From Squalus acanthias (lineage: Eukaryota), in NCBI GenBank assembly GCA_030390025.1, contig CM059433.1, positions 27,220,001 to 27,284,000 of the forward strand: 64,000 nt of DNA, given 5' to 3'. The notes beneath the pieces are model-generated. The model worked only from the letters and a program-made list of their open reading frames with translations. It was not told where the DNA came from and searched no databases. Positions 36,936 to 48,289 of the stretch are shown one piece after another; within the stretch, counting starts at the first letter, position 1, and every line of letters starts with the position of its first letter. A program made the position numbers and the translations under genes.

Positions 36936-39923
36936 TCTCCCTCCCCTCCTCTGAGCTAATATCCAGCCCTACGTTTATGGATGATATCACTGGGAGAGGG
37001 AGGGAGGATCGTATACAAATTATGAAGAGGAGGGGACCAAGAATGGAGCTCTGGGGTACACTGTAGATGAATATGCAGGCAGAGGAGAATATACCATTGG
37101 AGATAATATGGGGACTGAAATTTATCTCCCGTACATTTATGCTGAAGGTGTGTGCTAGGCGCAGAAGAAGTTGAAAAGTGGATTGAATTTGCACTTGCCC
37201 TGGATTTTCTGACAGGCATGAGCTAGGTGCTCTAAGCACAAACTCCATTACTACATTCATTTAGAAGCCTGTCTTTGCTCCTTTAAGAATTCTGATGGAC
37301 TGTGTCATTGGTGCAAGATTGGTGCTGTGGTCTTTAAAAGTTGGAACAAAGCACACTCATGCAGGTGCAGTTACTGGAAGCAGTTTCAAAATTGTTCATC
37401 CTAAAATATTGGGGAAAGTATAGAGTTGGATAGTCAGGATCTAGAACGAGAGAGGGTTAAGAGAGCCGGTGGTGGGCTTCATGACTGACACAGTATATTA
37501 AAGGCTGGGGAAAAATGGAGCAGAAGTTGCAGATTATGGGATGGATGAAGGCCTGATTAGGAGGAGGACTGTAGGGAAATCTGGGACTTAAATAGCAGGG
37601 GCAGTGGGGGCGGGGGCAGTCAATGGAGGCAGGTGCAGTTGTGTAGATGGCTCAGATGCTGAACACAAAAAATTCCATAAGTTCCTTCTATATTGTGTCC
37701 GAGATGATAATGGGGCTACGGAAGAAGCGTTCGGTGGTGGGGAAAAGGACATACATATAACCATATGAAAAGGATAGCGGGCATGGAGGATTAAATTATG
37801 AGGACAGGTTGCATAAACATGGCTTGTATTCCCTTGCGTATAGAAGATTGAGAGAAAAGGCACTTACCTCCTGGATCCAGCAGTCCTCGCCTTCCTTTAG
37901 CCGACGGGTTTCGCGAGGCTCGGGAAACCCGGCCGGCCACGGTTAAATTTAAAATGGTGGTTAATTCTGAGGCATGCAGCCTCATTATAATATTTAAATG
38001 ACCAACCCGTCTCTTGCGAGCGAGTTGTTTGCCCGCCCCACATCCCGCCTCTTTTAACACCGGAAGTGGGTGGGTTGAGGTTGGATTTCAGATTTTTTAC
38101 ATGTTTACTTGCCACCTGACCCAAACCCACCCGTGGGGTCAGCTTCCTAACTAAGTCCCCCTTCTTCAGCTCTTACCAGTACTTACGTTCCTTCGGCCTT
38201 GATTCCATCAATCATCCAGGAACCTCAGTTTACTACTGAATCCTGAGCTGAGCTTTCTCCTCTACATCCATTATCACTTTCTTCCACTTCTGCAGCATTA
38301 CTCACCTCCACAACTAACTCTCCTTCAGGAAATTTGCCAGGGTCAGTGGAATGTCAGAAGGGTGACTGCAAAGCCTGCCAACATTATGCTAATTATCCCA
38401 ACAGAGAGGAAATGTTCCAGTCCTGTCTGTCCAAGTAACACAGGAAAACCAGTGTAACTTAGGTAGAATATCATCCCCTATATCTGTTACTAGAGGTGAC
38501 TGCAGTTTTTATGTAGCTCACTCATTTTACAGAAATTGAGTATTGCAACACTCAGTGAACATAAAACGGCCACTTTCCACTGTTTTGTCCTTGGATACAC
38601 CTATTTCTCAGACACAAAGCAAAGAAAAAAGGGGTGGAGAACTGGAGACCCATTACAAGTCACCACACTTTGTGTACTTTCTTTGCATTTCTGGGCACAG
38701 AACTCTCACCTAAAACAGGCAGAAGCATTTAAACTAAATGTTAAAGTTGCAGGAGATATCCCACAATGGCTCCCACATTATTTTTCTGTGTCTTTGTCTG
38801 TCGAAAGCACAAATGGGACAATGCTTGCTGAAAGTAGGCCTTAGAAGTTGTGCCTTGCACCATCTGATAGGAAGATCTGAAAAAGGACTGCCAGCAACCT
38901 CCTCTCTCCTCCAGCAAAGAGAATCAGAAGGGCTTGAGGCTATCCAGCTGCTGCTTTTGCACAGCAGTCGAAAGGCGACCATTACCACTGCTGCTGACCA
39001 CCTAGGCAGGCAGTAGCGGTTAAATTTCCTCCCCAACTTTGGCCACACTGCCGTTCTTGCACCAAACGGACATCAAAAGGGCATGGTAATGACATGATCC
39101 AGAATGACATGAACCCAGGAATACAGGTGCATTCAGGTCCCTTTGGGCAAAGCACCGCCAAAGTTGCACAAGATCAGGTTGGAGAAAAATCGGCCCTACA
39201 CACTTTGCCCTAGTTTCCCGACTTCTTGCACGTGACAGAGTATCTCACATGCCACATGTAAACATCAGATAATTGTGGGCTACAAGCCTTCAATTGTTCA
39301 ATGCGCACCTGTAGCATGCAAGGTACCACACCACATGGGAGCATCTGGAAAATCTACCCTTTTGTCTCAATATATCAATATTTCAACACAATGGGGACCT
39401 GGAGAGCATTTTAATTCCTGTTGAGAGTAAAATACGACTGATTACTTGATATTGCAGTCAAAGCTCAATAATTGCCCCCATCTCACTCTGCAAAGAAAAA
39501 TAAACAATTGAGGTACAAATAAGATTAAATTATAAATAATGGGCTTTTCTGTTATAAAGAAAATAAAACCAGGTTGTATCTATGTTTTAAAGTATTTATC
39601 CTCCAATCTTCAGTGACAGCTCTATGTCACATGTCAGAATTAGTTGTACCCCCATAAAAGAGCAAGTTAAAATTATCTTTTTCCATACAAATCTTGTAAC
39701 AGTTCTTTTGCTGTAATCTGTTTGCACTCTGCCTAGATTCCAAGACAATTTGAAAAGCTGGTAAATAATTCACAGCCAAGAGTATTCATGCATTACAAGC
39801 TGCTGAGGTGCAAAGGTGTACCGTCTTGCCAAACTGAAAGATGCTGTTCAGAACCATGTCTATTCTATCCAAAAATGAGAAGTCGCACAACACCAGGTTA
39901 TAGTCCAACAGATTTATTTAATT

Positions 39924-39961
39924 TTACAAGCTTTCGGAGCTGTCGCTCCTTCCTCAGGTAA
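39924..39961 (-). ncRNA. Minimal type-I hammerhead ribozyme in the left (inverted) Penelope arm
   Basis: Exact reverse complement of 41680-41717. Confidence 0.85.
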
Positions 39962-40196
39962 GTTAGCAGTGAGAGAATCTCCCAGAATTCACAATTTAAA
40001 CACAGACAAAATCTATTCAAATCTTTCCCTACATCAAAGACACACTAAGAGCACAGCCAAGACAATGAGATGTGTCCCAGGGGGTCCAACGTGTCAAACC
40101 ACCTGCTGGCTGCATATCCTGTCAATTTGTGTTGGTTCTTGTGTTAGTCTTTTTTTTTTAAAAAAAACACCTGGGAAGACCGGCCATGATGTCAAG

Positions 40197-40857
40197 TCAC
40201 GTTCTGTATCGTGACATGAACCCGATATCGCGATTGAGGCCATCCTCATGAGTGCGGAACTTGGCTATCAGTTTCTGCTCTATGATTTTGCGCTGTCGTG
40301 TATCCCGAAGGCCGCCTTGGAGAACGCTTACCCGCAGATCCGAGGCTGAATGCCCCTGGCTGCTGAAGTGTTCCCCGACTGGGAGGCAACCCTCCTGCCT
40401 GGCGATTGTTGCGCGGTGTCCGTTCATACATTGTCTCAGTGTCTGCATGGTCTCGCCGATGTACCATGCTCTGGAGCATCCTTTACTGCAACGTATCAGG
40501 TAGACAACGTTGGCCGAGTCACATGAGTATGTACCGTGTACCTGGTGGGTAGTGTTCTCACGTGTGATGATGGTATCTGTGTCCATGATTTGGCATGTCT
40601 TGCAGAGGTTGCCGTGGCAGGGTTGTGTGGTGTCTTGGTTGCTGTTCTCCTGAAAGATGGGTAATCTGCTGCGAACGATGGTACTTTTGAGGTTAGGCGG
40701 CTGCTTGAAGGCGAGTAGTGGAGGCGTGGGGATGGCCTTAGCAAGGTGTTCGTCGTCATCGATGACATGTTGAAGGCTGCGAAGAACATGGCGTAGTTTT
40801 TCCGCTCCGGGGAAGTACTGGACGACGTAGGGTACTCTGTTGGTTGTGTCCCGTGTT
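40197..40857 (-). pseudogene. Penelope linker + GIY-YIG endonuclease segment, open frame
   Basis: TRDTTNRVPYVVQY...CSRAWYIGETMQTL...EQKLIAKF...GLNRD. Confidence 0.9.
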
Positions 40858-41446
40858 CGCTGCACAGGACCTCCAACCAACGCTGTACACCAGATACATC
40901 GACGACATCTTCTTCCTTTGGACCCACGGCGAAGGATCACTGAAAGGACTACACAATAGCATCAACAGGTTCCATCCCACCATCAAACTCACCATGGACT
41001 ACTCCTCAGAATCGGTTTCATTCTTGGACACACGAATCTCCATCAAAGACGGACGCCTCAGCACTTCACTCTACCGCAAGCCCACGGACAACCTCACGAT
41101 GCTCCACTTCTCCAGCTTCCACCCTAACCACGTTAAAGAAGCCATCCCCTATGGACAAGCCCTGCGAATACACAGGATCTGCTCAGACGAGGAGGAACGC
41201 GATGGACACCTACGTATGAACGGACACCGCGCAACAATCGCCAGGCAGGAGGGTTGCCTCCCAGTCGGGGAACACTTCAGCAGCCAGGGGCATTCAGCCT
41301 CGGATCTGCGGGTAAGCGTTCTCCAAGGCGGCCTTCGGGATACACGACAGCGCAAAATCATAGAGCAGAAACTGATAGCCAAGTTCCGCACTCATGAGGA
41401 TGGCCTCAATCGCGATATCGGGTTCATGTCACGATACAGAACGTGA
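40856..41446 (+). pseudogene. Penelope RT C-terminus/thumb fused in frame to the distal GIY-YIG segment
   Basis: RYIDD, FLDT, LYRKPTD, HP..K.AIPY.Q..R..RICS, then a jump to RMNGHR at ~41213. Confidence 0.88.
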
Positions 41447-41679
41447 CTTGACATCATGGCCGGTCTTCCCAGGTGTTTTTTTTTAAAAAAAGACTAACAC
41501 AAGAACCAACACAAATTGACAGGATATGCAGCCAGCAGGTGGTTTGACACGTTGGACTCCCTGGGACACATCTCATTGTCTTGGCTGTGCTCTTAGTGTG
41601 TCTTTGATGTAGGGAAAGATTTGAATCGATTTTGTCTGTGTTTAAATTGTGAATTCTGGGAGATTCTCTCACTGCTAAC

Positions 41680-41717
41680 TTACCTGAGGAAGGAGCGACA
41701 GCTCCGAAAGCTTGTAA
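41680..41717 (+). ncRNA. Minimal type-I hammerhead ribozyme in the right Penelope arm
   Basis: ttac-CTGAGGA-a-ggagc(gaca)gctcc-GAAA-gc-tt-gtaa; perfect stem II, stem I ttac/gtaa, palindromic AAGCTT. Confidence 0.85.
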
Positions 41718-43909
41718 AATTAAATAAATCTGTTGGACTATAACCTGGTGTTGTGCGACTTCTCATTTTTGTCCACCCCAGTCCAACGCCGGCATCTCCA
41801 CATCATGTATTCTATCCAAGAGGGAGACTAGGACAAGTCACTCACAGTTTCATCAGTCAATCTCCATCTTGTCTGAATGAGCAGTCTTTGCTGCTGTTCT
41901 AGCCATATGTGATCAAGACATACACTAAAGCTGCAGAAAGTAAATCCCATACTGAAAACAGGATGGCTCTGGCATAATGGCTGTGTGGCCAAATCCTGTG
42001 AAATGATTAGAGTCCCTGAGATCTCAAGACTGAAGTATGTTCAATGAAGCTATTATTAAAGTAGTTGGTGCCAGATGTTGGCAAGAAAGCATCTCGATTA
42101 CCTCAAAATTGAGATAAGCAGGAAGATTGGCTGCAAGGATTAAATTGCTTTCCTGAACCAGGGAATCCATGCCAATCAGGGCAAAGCCAACAATGTAAAT
42201 AGTTCCAGGCTCAATCCTGAGAACTTGTGTACACCTCATATCAGATGAACAGAAACCCTGCAGGTAGGGATAGATTTCTCAGTAACTTGAACTGGAGACT
42301 TTCAAACATGGGTATGGCTTTCCACATGTGTCAGATACACAGTTGAGCAAAAAAAATAAAATGTTTCTGCTGGAAAACATAAATACAGTGAAATTCCAAT
42401 GGAAAACCCAGTTATGCAAATTTATAGGATCTAAGTGAAATATGGCAACACCAGATCCCATGCCTCAAAGCTTTCTCACCAAGTATGTGAACAATATAAA
42501 GGTAACAAAAGAAACTGCACAAATGACTTAGAAAGCATCTTCAAAAACAGTAGCTTATCTTCTTAACTATCTCTTTAAATCATCACTTCCGTGGGTAAAC
42601 ATCTACTTCAGGCAAAGTAACACTGGCGGAGCAGGAGCAGCTCAGAGGAATTTCCTCCCAAATTTTTTTAAAAACTTGATAAATTATATATACATGTTTC
42701 AAATATGCATGATTAATTGATACTGAAAAGGGCAGCTTTTAGATTCAGCAACATTAGGTGACCTTCTGTCTCCTGTCTGTGCAGCTGTAACAATGCCCTA
42801 CATAGGTCAAGCATTAACTTTGTGTAATAGAATCGTAATCCTGCATTCAGCATTGGTTCTGCCCTTTTTACATGTTATGTAATCACAAAATGAAACATAA
42901 TGGTAAATATTGAAGTTATGTTTTTACCTGAAATTACTCAATGCAAAAATCCATATATTAAATTATTTATCACAACATTACAAATATTGATACAGAATAA
43001 AAATCGGATGGTTTTAAATTGCCTATAATAAGATCAGGTTAAACTATCTTGAAGTATCCTTTTCAGAATCCCCCTATAATTTTTTGGGAATAAACTTTCT
43101 ACGGTATAGAAAATGTTCTTGTTCCAAAAACCTATCATCATCTGTCTGACTGGTTTTAAATTTCTTGTAGGAGTTTTTATAAAAAGTTATATTGTTCAAA
43201 ATACAATTATTACAGGTCGGCTTTTCTCGAGCACAGTGCTGTCAGTCATTCCCATAATTAGTCTGAGTGTCTTACTTTTGTGGGAGTTGACTCACCCTGC
43301 CCTACATCTACTTGCATAATAGCATGACCTGAGGGTGTAACAATAGTACCCCCTTGTGACCTGAACCCAATATTGTGAATCTCTCTGAAGGCGGACCGAG
43401 CAAACACTTAGGCCAGAATTTTGCCTACCTGGGCAGGTCCAGTGCGGGCGGTGGCCATGGCGAGTCACGACCCCGCTGCTGGCTCCATCCTGCTGCTGAA
43501 AATTACTTTCCCTTAACAGGGCTTATTAAGCCCGCCCTGCGCGTTAGCCGGCCGAATTAAATGGTGCTGATCTGGTGATGTCATCGATGACGCATTTTCA
43601 GCCGGGATTTTAAAGGGGTCATGGCCACATTGGATTTGAATGTCAATATAACATAGTGCTGTCAGTGCACTACAGCATTGGAGTGCAGCAAACACTGACA
43701 ATGACTGCACAGAGGCAGAGGGCTGTGCCCAGGTTCTCCGATAATCTGAAGGGAGTCAGAGCATGCCGGGAGGTCCTCTTTCCTTCCAATGAGCAGAAGA
43801 AACCTCCCCAGGACACCAAAACAGCCTGGTTGGAGATTGTAGTGGAGGTCACCAGCAGGGAAGTGGTCAGGAGGACCTGGATGCAGTGCTGCAAACGTTT
43901 CAGTGATCT

Positions 43910-44156
43910 TGTTGAGGCTGCCGCGAAACACGAATGGAGGCTGAATCCATGTGTGGAAAACAAGAAACTTTTATTCACTGCATGCTATAACAAAATGGCT
44001 GCGAGAGCTGCTCCCAGAATTCTCTGGAAAAACTCCCAGAATTCTCTGGGTAAAACCTGAGGCCTTAAAGGTAATGTGCCTTAAAGGGGAGGGGCTGGAA
44101 ATTTGTCCACAGACGGAAGAGTGGATTATGCCCGTTTTGGGAGGCGATCCGCCACA
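43910..44156 (-). repeat. Gypsy 3' LTR (247 bp)
   Basis: Preceded on the minus strand by the PPT-like ctgggggtagctg; AATAAA on the minus strand at ~43970. Confidence 0.95.
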
Positions 44157-44175
44157 CAGCTACCCCCAGAATCGC

Positions 44176-47100
44176 TTAGGAGGTGTGGACGAGACGGTGC
44201 GGCGGTCTGATGGGCCGGCCGGAGCGGCTCTTGTAGGACGCCGGTGAACGTGGAACGGCCGGGCGTGGAGCAGCCGGGTGAACTGGCTTGAGGGCAGGTC
44301 GGCCGCGTGGAGGTGGACGAGCTACAGGGACCTGCTCCCCGGGCTCCGAGTGTGCTGGCTTGAGTCGGTCCACCGACACTTTTTCGGTCCTGTCGCCCAC
44401 TTGCAGGGTGAAAAATTTGTCACCAGCCTGTAGCACCTTGTAGGGCCCGTCGTATGGGGGTTGAAGGGGTCCGCGGTGGGCGTCGTGCCGGACGAAAACA
44501 AACCGTGCCTGGTGCAGGCTTAGTGGGACGTGTGAGGTGGATTCGCCGTGTCGGGCAATGGGCACCGGGGCGAACTGCAGCGCCGGTGAGGCGAAGTTGT
44601 GGCGTTGCTGGTCGGCTGACCAGGGTGTCGTGGCGGTGGGCAGGAACTCGCCGGGTACGCGCAGTGGCTGACCGTACACGAGCTCTGCTGCCGATGCATG
44701 GAGGTCTTCTTTAACCACGGTGCGCAGGCCGAGGAGGACCAACGGAAGTCGGTCGGTCCAGGCGCCGTCTTGGAGGCTGGCTCGAAGAGATGCCTTCAAG
44801 GATCTGTGGAACCGCTCACACAGTCCGTTGGCTTGGGGGTGGTACGCTGTGGTGCGGTGAATGGTCACCCCGAGATTGCGTGCGATGGCGGTCCAGAGTT
44901 CAGAGGTAAATTGCGGACCTCTGTCCGACGTCATGTCGGAGGGGACGTCGAACCGTGCGACCCAGGTGCCGACGAAGGCTCTGGCGATGTCGGCGGTGGT
45001 GGTAGAGGTCAGTGGAATTGCCTCAGGCCAGCGTGTGGTGCAGTGAACGATGGTCAGCAAGTGCGTGTGGCCTTGCGACGGCGGCAGGGGCCCGACGATG
45101 TCCACGTGGATGTGGTCGAATCTCCGCGAGGGGACGGTAAACTCCTCGAGGGGTGCTTTCGTGTGTTGCTGTACCTTGGCCCGTTGGCAGGCTAGGCAGG
45201 AGTTGGCCCAAGTACGCACATCCTTGCGAAGGCCGCGCCAGACAAAGCGGTTGGCTACCAATTTGATGGATGCGCGGGCGCCGGGGTGGGAGAGGTTGTG
45301 GAGAATGTCGAATACCCGGCGGCGCCAGGACGCTGGGACGACGGGCCGAGGTTGACATAGGGATATGTCGCACTTGACCGTGACTGCGGTCGGGCCACAG
45401 GCGACGTCGGCCAGGCGTAGCCCTGGTAGGTTGGTGGGTGCGGAGAGCAGATCAGTGTCGGTGATCTGGTCTGCTGCGAGTTGAGCGTAGTCGACTGCTA
45501 GGTGTGCGGCGTGGATGGCGGGGCGGGAGAGGCAGTCGGCTACCACATTGTCTCGGCCGGAGACGTGTTGGATGTCCGTGGTGAACTCGGACACTGCCGC
45601 GAGCTGGCGCTGCTGCCTGGCGGACCAGGGGTCGGTTGTCTTTGCCATTGCGAATGTCAGGGGCTTGTGGTCGACAAACGCAGTGAAGGGGTGGCCCTCA
45701 AGCAAAAACCGGAAATGGCGGACAGCCATGAACAGCGCGAGGAGCTCGCGGTCGAAGGTGCTGTACTCGACCTCCGGGGGGCGTAGTTGGCGGCTGAAGA
45801 AGGCAAGTGGTTGCCAGGCGCCGTCGACCCACTGCTCATACACGGCGCCGACCGCGTGGTCGGAGGCGTCCGTGGTGAGCGCTACCCTGGCATTGGGCTG
45901 TGGGTGCGCGAGCAGGGTGGCGTTGGCGAGCGCGGTCTTGGTGGAATCGAAGGCAGCGGACGCGTCTGCCGTCCATTCGACCGCCATCTTGCCGCTCCTG
46001 CCCCGGAGGGCTTCATACAGGGGCCTCATGAGGGACGCCGCTTTGGGGATGAAGCGGTTATAGAAATTCACCATCCCGAGGAACTCCTGGAGGCCTTTGA
46101 TGGTGGTGGGGCGGGGAAATTGTTGGACGGCCTGCACCTTGGTGGGCAGGGGAATGGCCCCAGCATGGGTGATGTGGTGGCCGAGGAAGTCGATCTTGTC
46201 CAGGCCGAACTGGCATTTGGCTGGGCTGAGGATGAGCCCGTGGTCGCTGAGGCGCCCGAACAGGATGCGAAGGTGTTCGAGGTGTTCCTGCTTGGAGGAA
46301 TTGGCTACCAGGATGTCGTCCAGGTAGACGAACAGGAACTTCAGGTCCCGAAGGATCGAGTCCATGAGCCGTTGGAATGCCTGGGCCGCGTTTTTGAGGC
46401 CGAAGGGCATCCGCAGGAACTCGAACAGGCCGAAGGGGGTGATTACGGCCGTCTTGGGGACGTCCGCGGGGTGGACGGGGACTTGGTGTTAGCCGCGCAC
46501 CAGGTCGACCTTGGAAAAGACTGAGCGGCCGGCCAGTCTAGCCGAGAAGTCCTGAATGTGCGGCACGGGGTACCGATCAGGGGTGGTGGCGTCATTGAGG
46601 TGGCGGTAATCCCCGCAGGGGCACCAACCTCCACCTGGTTTGTGGGCGATGTGGAGTGGGGAGGCCCAGGGACTGTTGGAGCGGCAGATGATGCCGAGCT
46701 GTTACATGGTGGCAAACTCGGTCCGCGCGATCTCCAGTTTGGCCGGGTCCAGCCTGCGGGCGTGGGCGTACACTGGGGGGCCTGTGGTGGGGATGAAGTG
46801 TTCCACCCCGTGTTTGACGGCTTCCGCGGAGAAGGTCGGATTGGTAAGGGCCGGGAATTCGGCCAGGAGTGCCGAGTAGTCATCCGTGGCCCGGGCGTGG
46901 CACTGTGACGCCATGTCGGCGGGTTGACGGGGGGCCATGGCGCCCAGGATGGGGGACATGGTTTTCATGTCCACGAGGCGGTGACGAGGGATGTCTACCA
47001 GTAGGCCGTGGGCGCACAGGAAATCTGCGCCGATGAGAGGGGAGAGCACCTTGGCAGTGATGAACTCCCATCGGTAGCGGTGACCAGCGAGGTCGAGGGT

Positions 47101-47988
47101 GACTGTCCGGGTGCCATACGTCCGGATTTCCGAGCCATTAGCAGCAGCCAGCGCCGGTCCTCGTTCGCCCTTTTGGATGTCGAGGGAGGAGGCCGGGATG
47201 ATGCTGTGCTGAGTCCCAGTGTCGCACAGGAACCGGCGGCCGGTTTTGTCATCCGTGACGAACAGCAGAGAGCCCGCGTGGCCCACGGCCATCGTGGGGG
47301 CTGGAACGGGGGCGGACTTGAAAGAGCAGGGAGGTGTGCACCGTTGTGCCCTGGCGCCGAACCGTGTGTGGTAGTAACAGTGACCCGGGTTAGTGGGGCG
47401 TGAAGGCCCCGTGTGCCTGGTGACAGGCCCTTGTAGCCGTGTGCTGGATGGTGAGGGGCGCGCCCAGGCATTGGCTGCCAGGTCCGGAGTGACGTCGCGG
47501 CTGGAGTGAGCGGACAGCAGCTTGTCGGCCTCATCGGCCAGGGCTTCCAGGTTCGTGAGGCCGGACGCCACGATCGCTGGGCGGATGCTGAGAGGGAGCT
47601 GACGGATGAACAGCGTGCGGAAGAGGGATCCGGGTGGGCTCTCGTCGGTGAGGGAGAGCATGTGGGAGAGGAGGTCTGACGGTGAGGCATCACCGAGGCC
47701 TGGAAGGTCGAGGAGGTTGCAGTTTCGCTGATATGCCGAGGCCGTAAATTTTTTAAGGAGCGCTGTTCTGAGATGTGCGTACTTGCCTTCCTCTGGTGGG
47801 TTCTGCAGCGTTGTCCAAACCTTGGAAACTGTGGCGTTACTGAGTGATGTGACGAGATAGTCGTATTTCGTCCCATCTGTGGTGATATTTCGCAGCCGGA
47901 AGCGAGATTCAGCTTGGAGAAACCAGGCTTCGGGCTGGTTTTCCCAAAACTCCGGCAGTTTCACGGAAACTGCGTTCGTGTCCGCCAT
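44176..47988 (-). pseudogene. Gag-PR-RT-RNaseH-IN polyprotein in one frame with two nonsense codons (46702-46704 and 46489-46491)
   Basis: KLPEFW gag, CYYH...C...C, LCDTG protease, MPFGLKNA/YLDD RT, TDASD RNase H, HHCC + D,D,E integrase, GPY motif. Confidence 0.95.
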
Positions 47989-48013
47989 TGCAGTGCTCGG
48001 AATACGTTCTGAG

Positions 48014-48027
48014 CGTCGGGGTCACCA
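48014..48027 (-). promoter_or_regulatory. Primer binding site complementary to the tRNA-Trp 3' end
   Basis: TGGTGACCCCGACG starts 1 nt after the LTR end. Confidence 0.9.
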
Positions 48028-48028
48028 A

Positions 48029-48289
48029 TGTTGAGGCTGCCGCGAGACTTAATGGAGGCTGAATCCATGTGTGGAAAACAAGAAACTTTTATTCACTGCA
48101 TGCTATAACAAAATGGCTGCGAGAGCTGCTCCCAGAATTCTCTGGAAAAACTCCCAGAATTCTCTGGGTAAAACCTGAGGCCCCGCCCCCTTCTGCCTTA
48201 AAGGTAATGTGCCTTAAAGGGGAGGGGCTGGAAATTTGTCCACAGACGGAAGAGTGGATTATGCCCGTTTTGGGTGGCGATCCGCCACA
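48029..48289 (-). repeat. Gypsy 5' LTR (261 bp)
   Basis: Direct repeat of 43910-44156; adjacent to the PBS. Confidence 0.95.

Larger units (their letters stand above)
39871..41807. mobile_element. Penelope-like retroelement (probably Neptune clade) with inverted pseudo-LTR arms
   Basis: TSD TATTCTATCC(AA) at 39861 and 41808; RT C-terminus RYIDDIFFLW on +; Cys-rich linker (CHGNLCKTC) and GIY-YIG (VVYLIRC...WYIGET) on -; arms 39871-40429 and 41214-41770; 37-nt extension on the right arm only. Confidence 0.93.
43910..48289 (-). mobile_element. Full-length Ty3/Gypsy LTR retrotransposon, CsRN1-like clade
   Basis: Two TG..CA LTRs, TSD ATCT (43906-43909 and 48290-48293), tRNA-Trp PBS, G-rich PPT, single gag-pol frame, Gag C-x2-H-x9-C-x3-C motif. 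Confidence 0.95.

Noticed and set aside
44454..47876. Long antisense and alternative-frame ORFs in the Gypsy element
   Set aside because: Expected shadows of a GC-rich coding frame.
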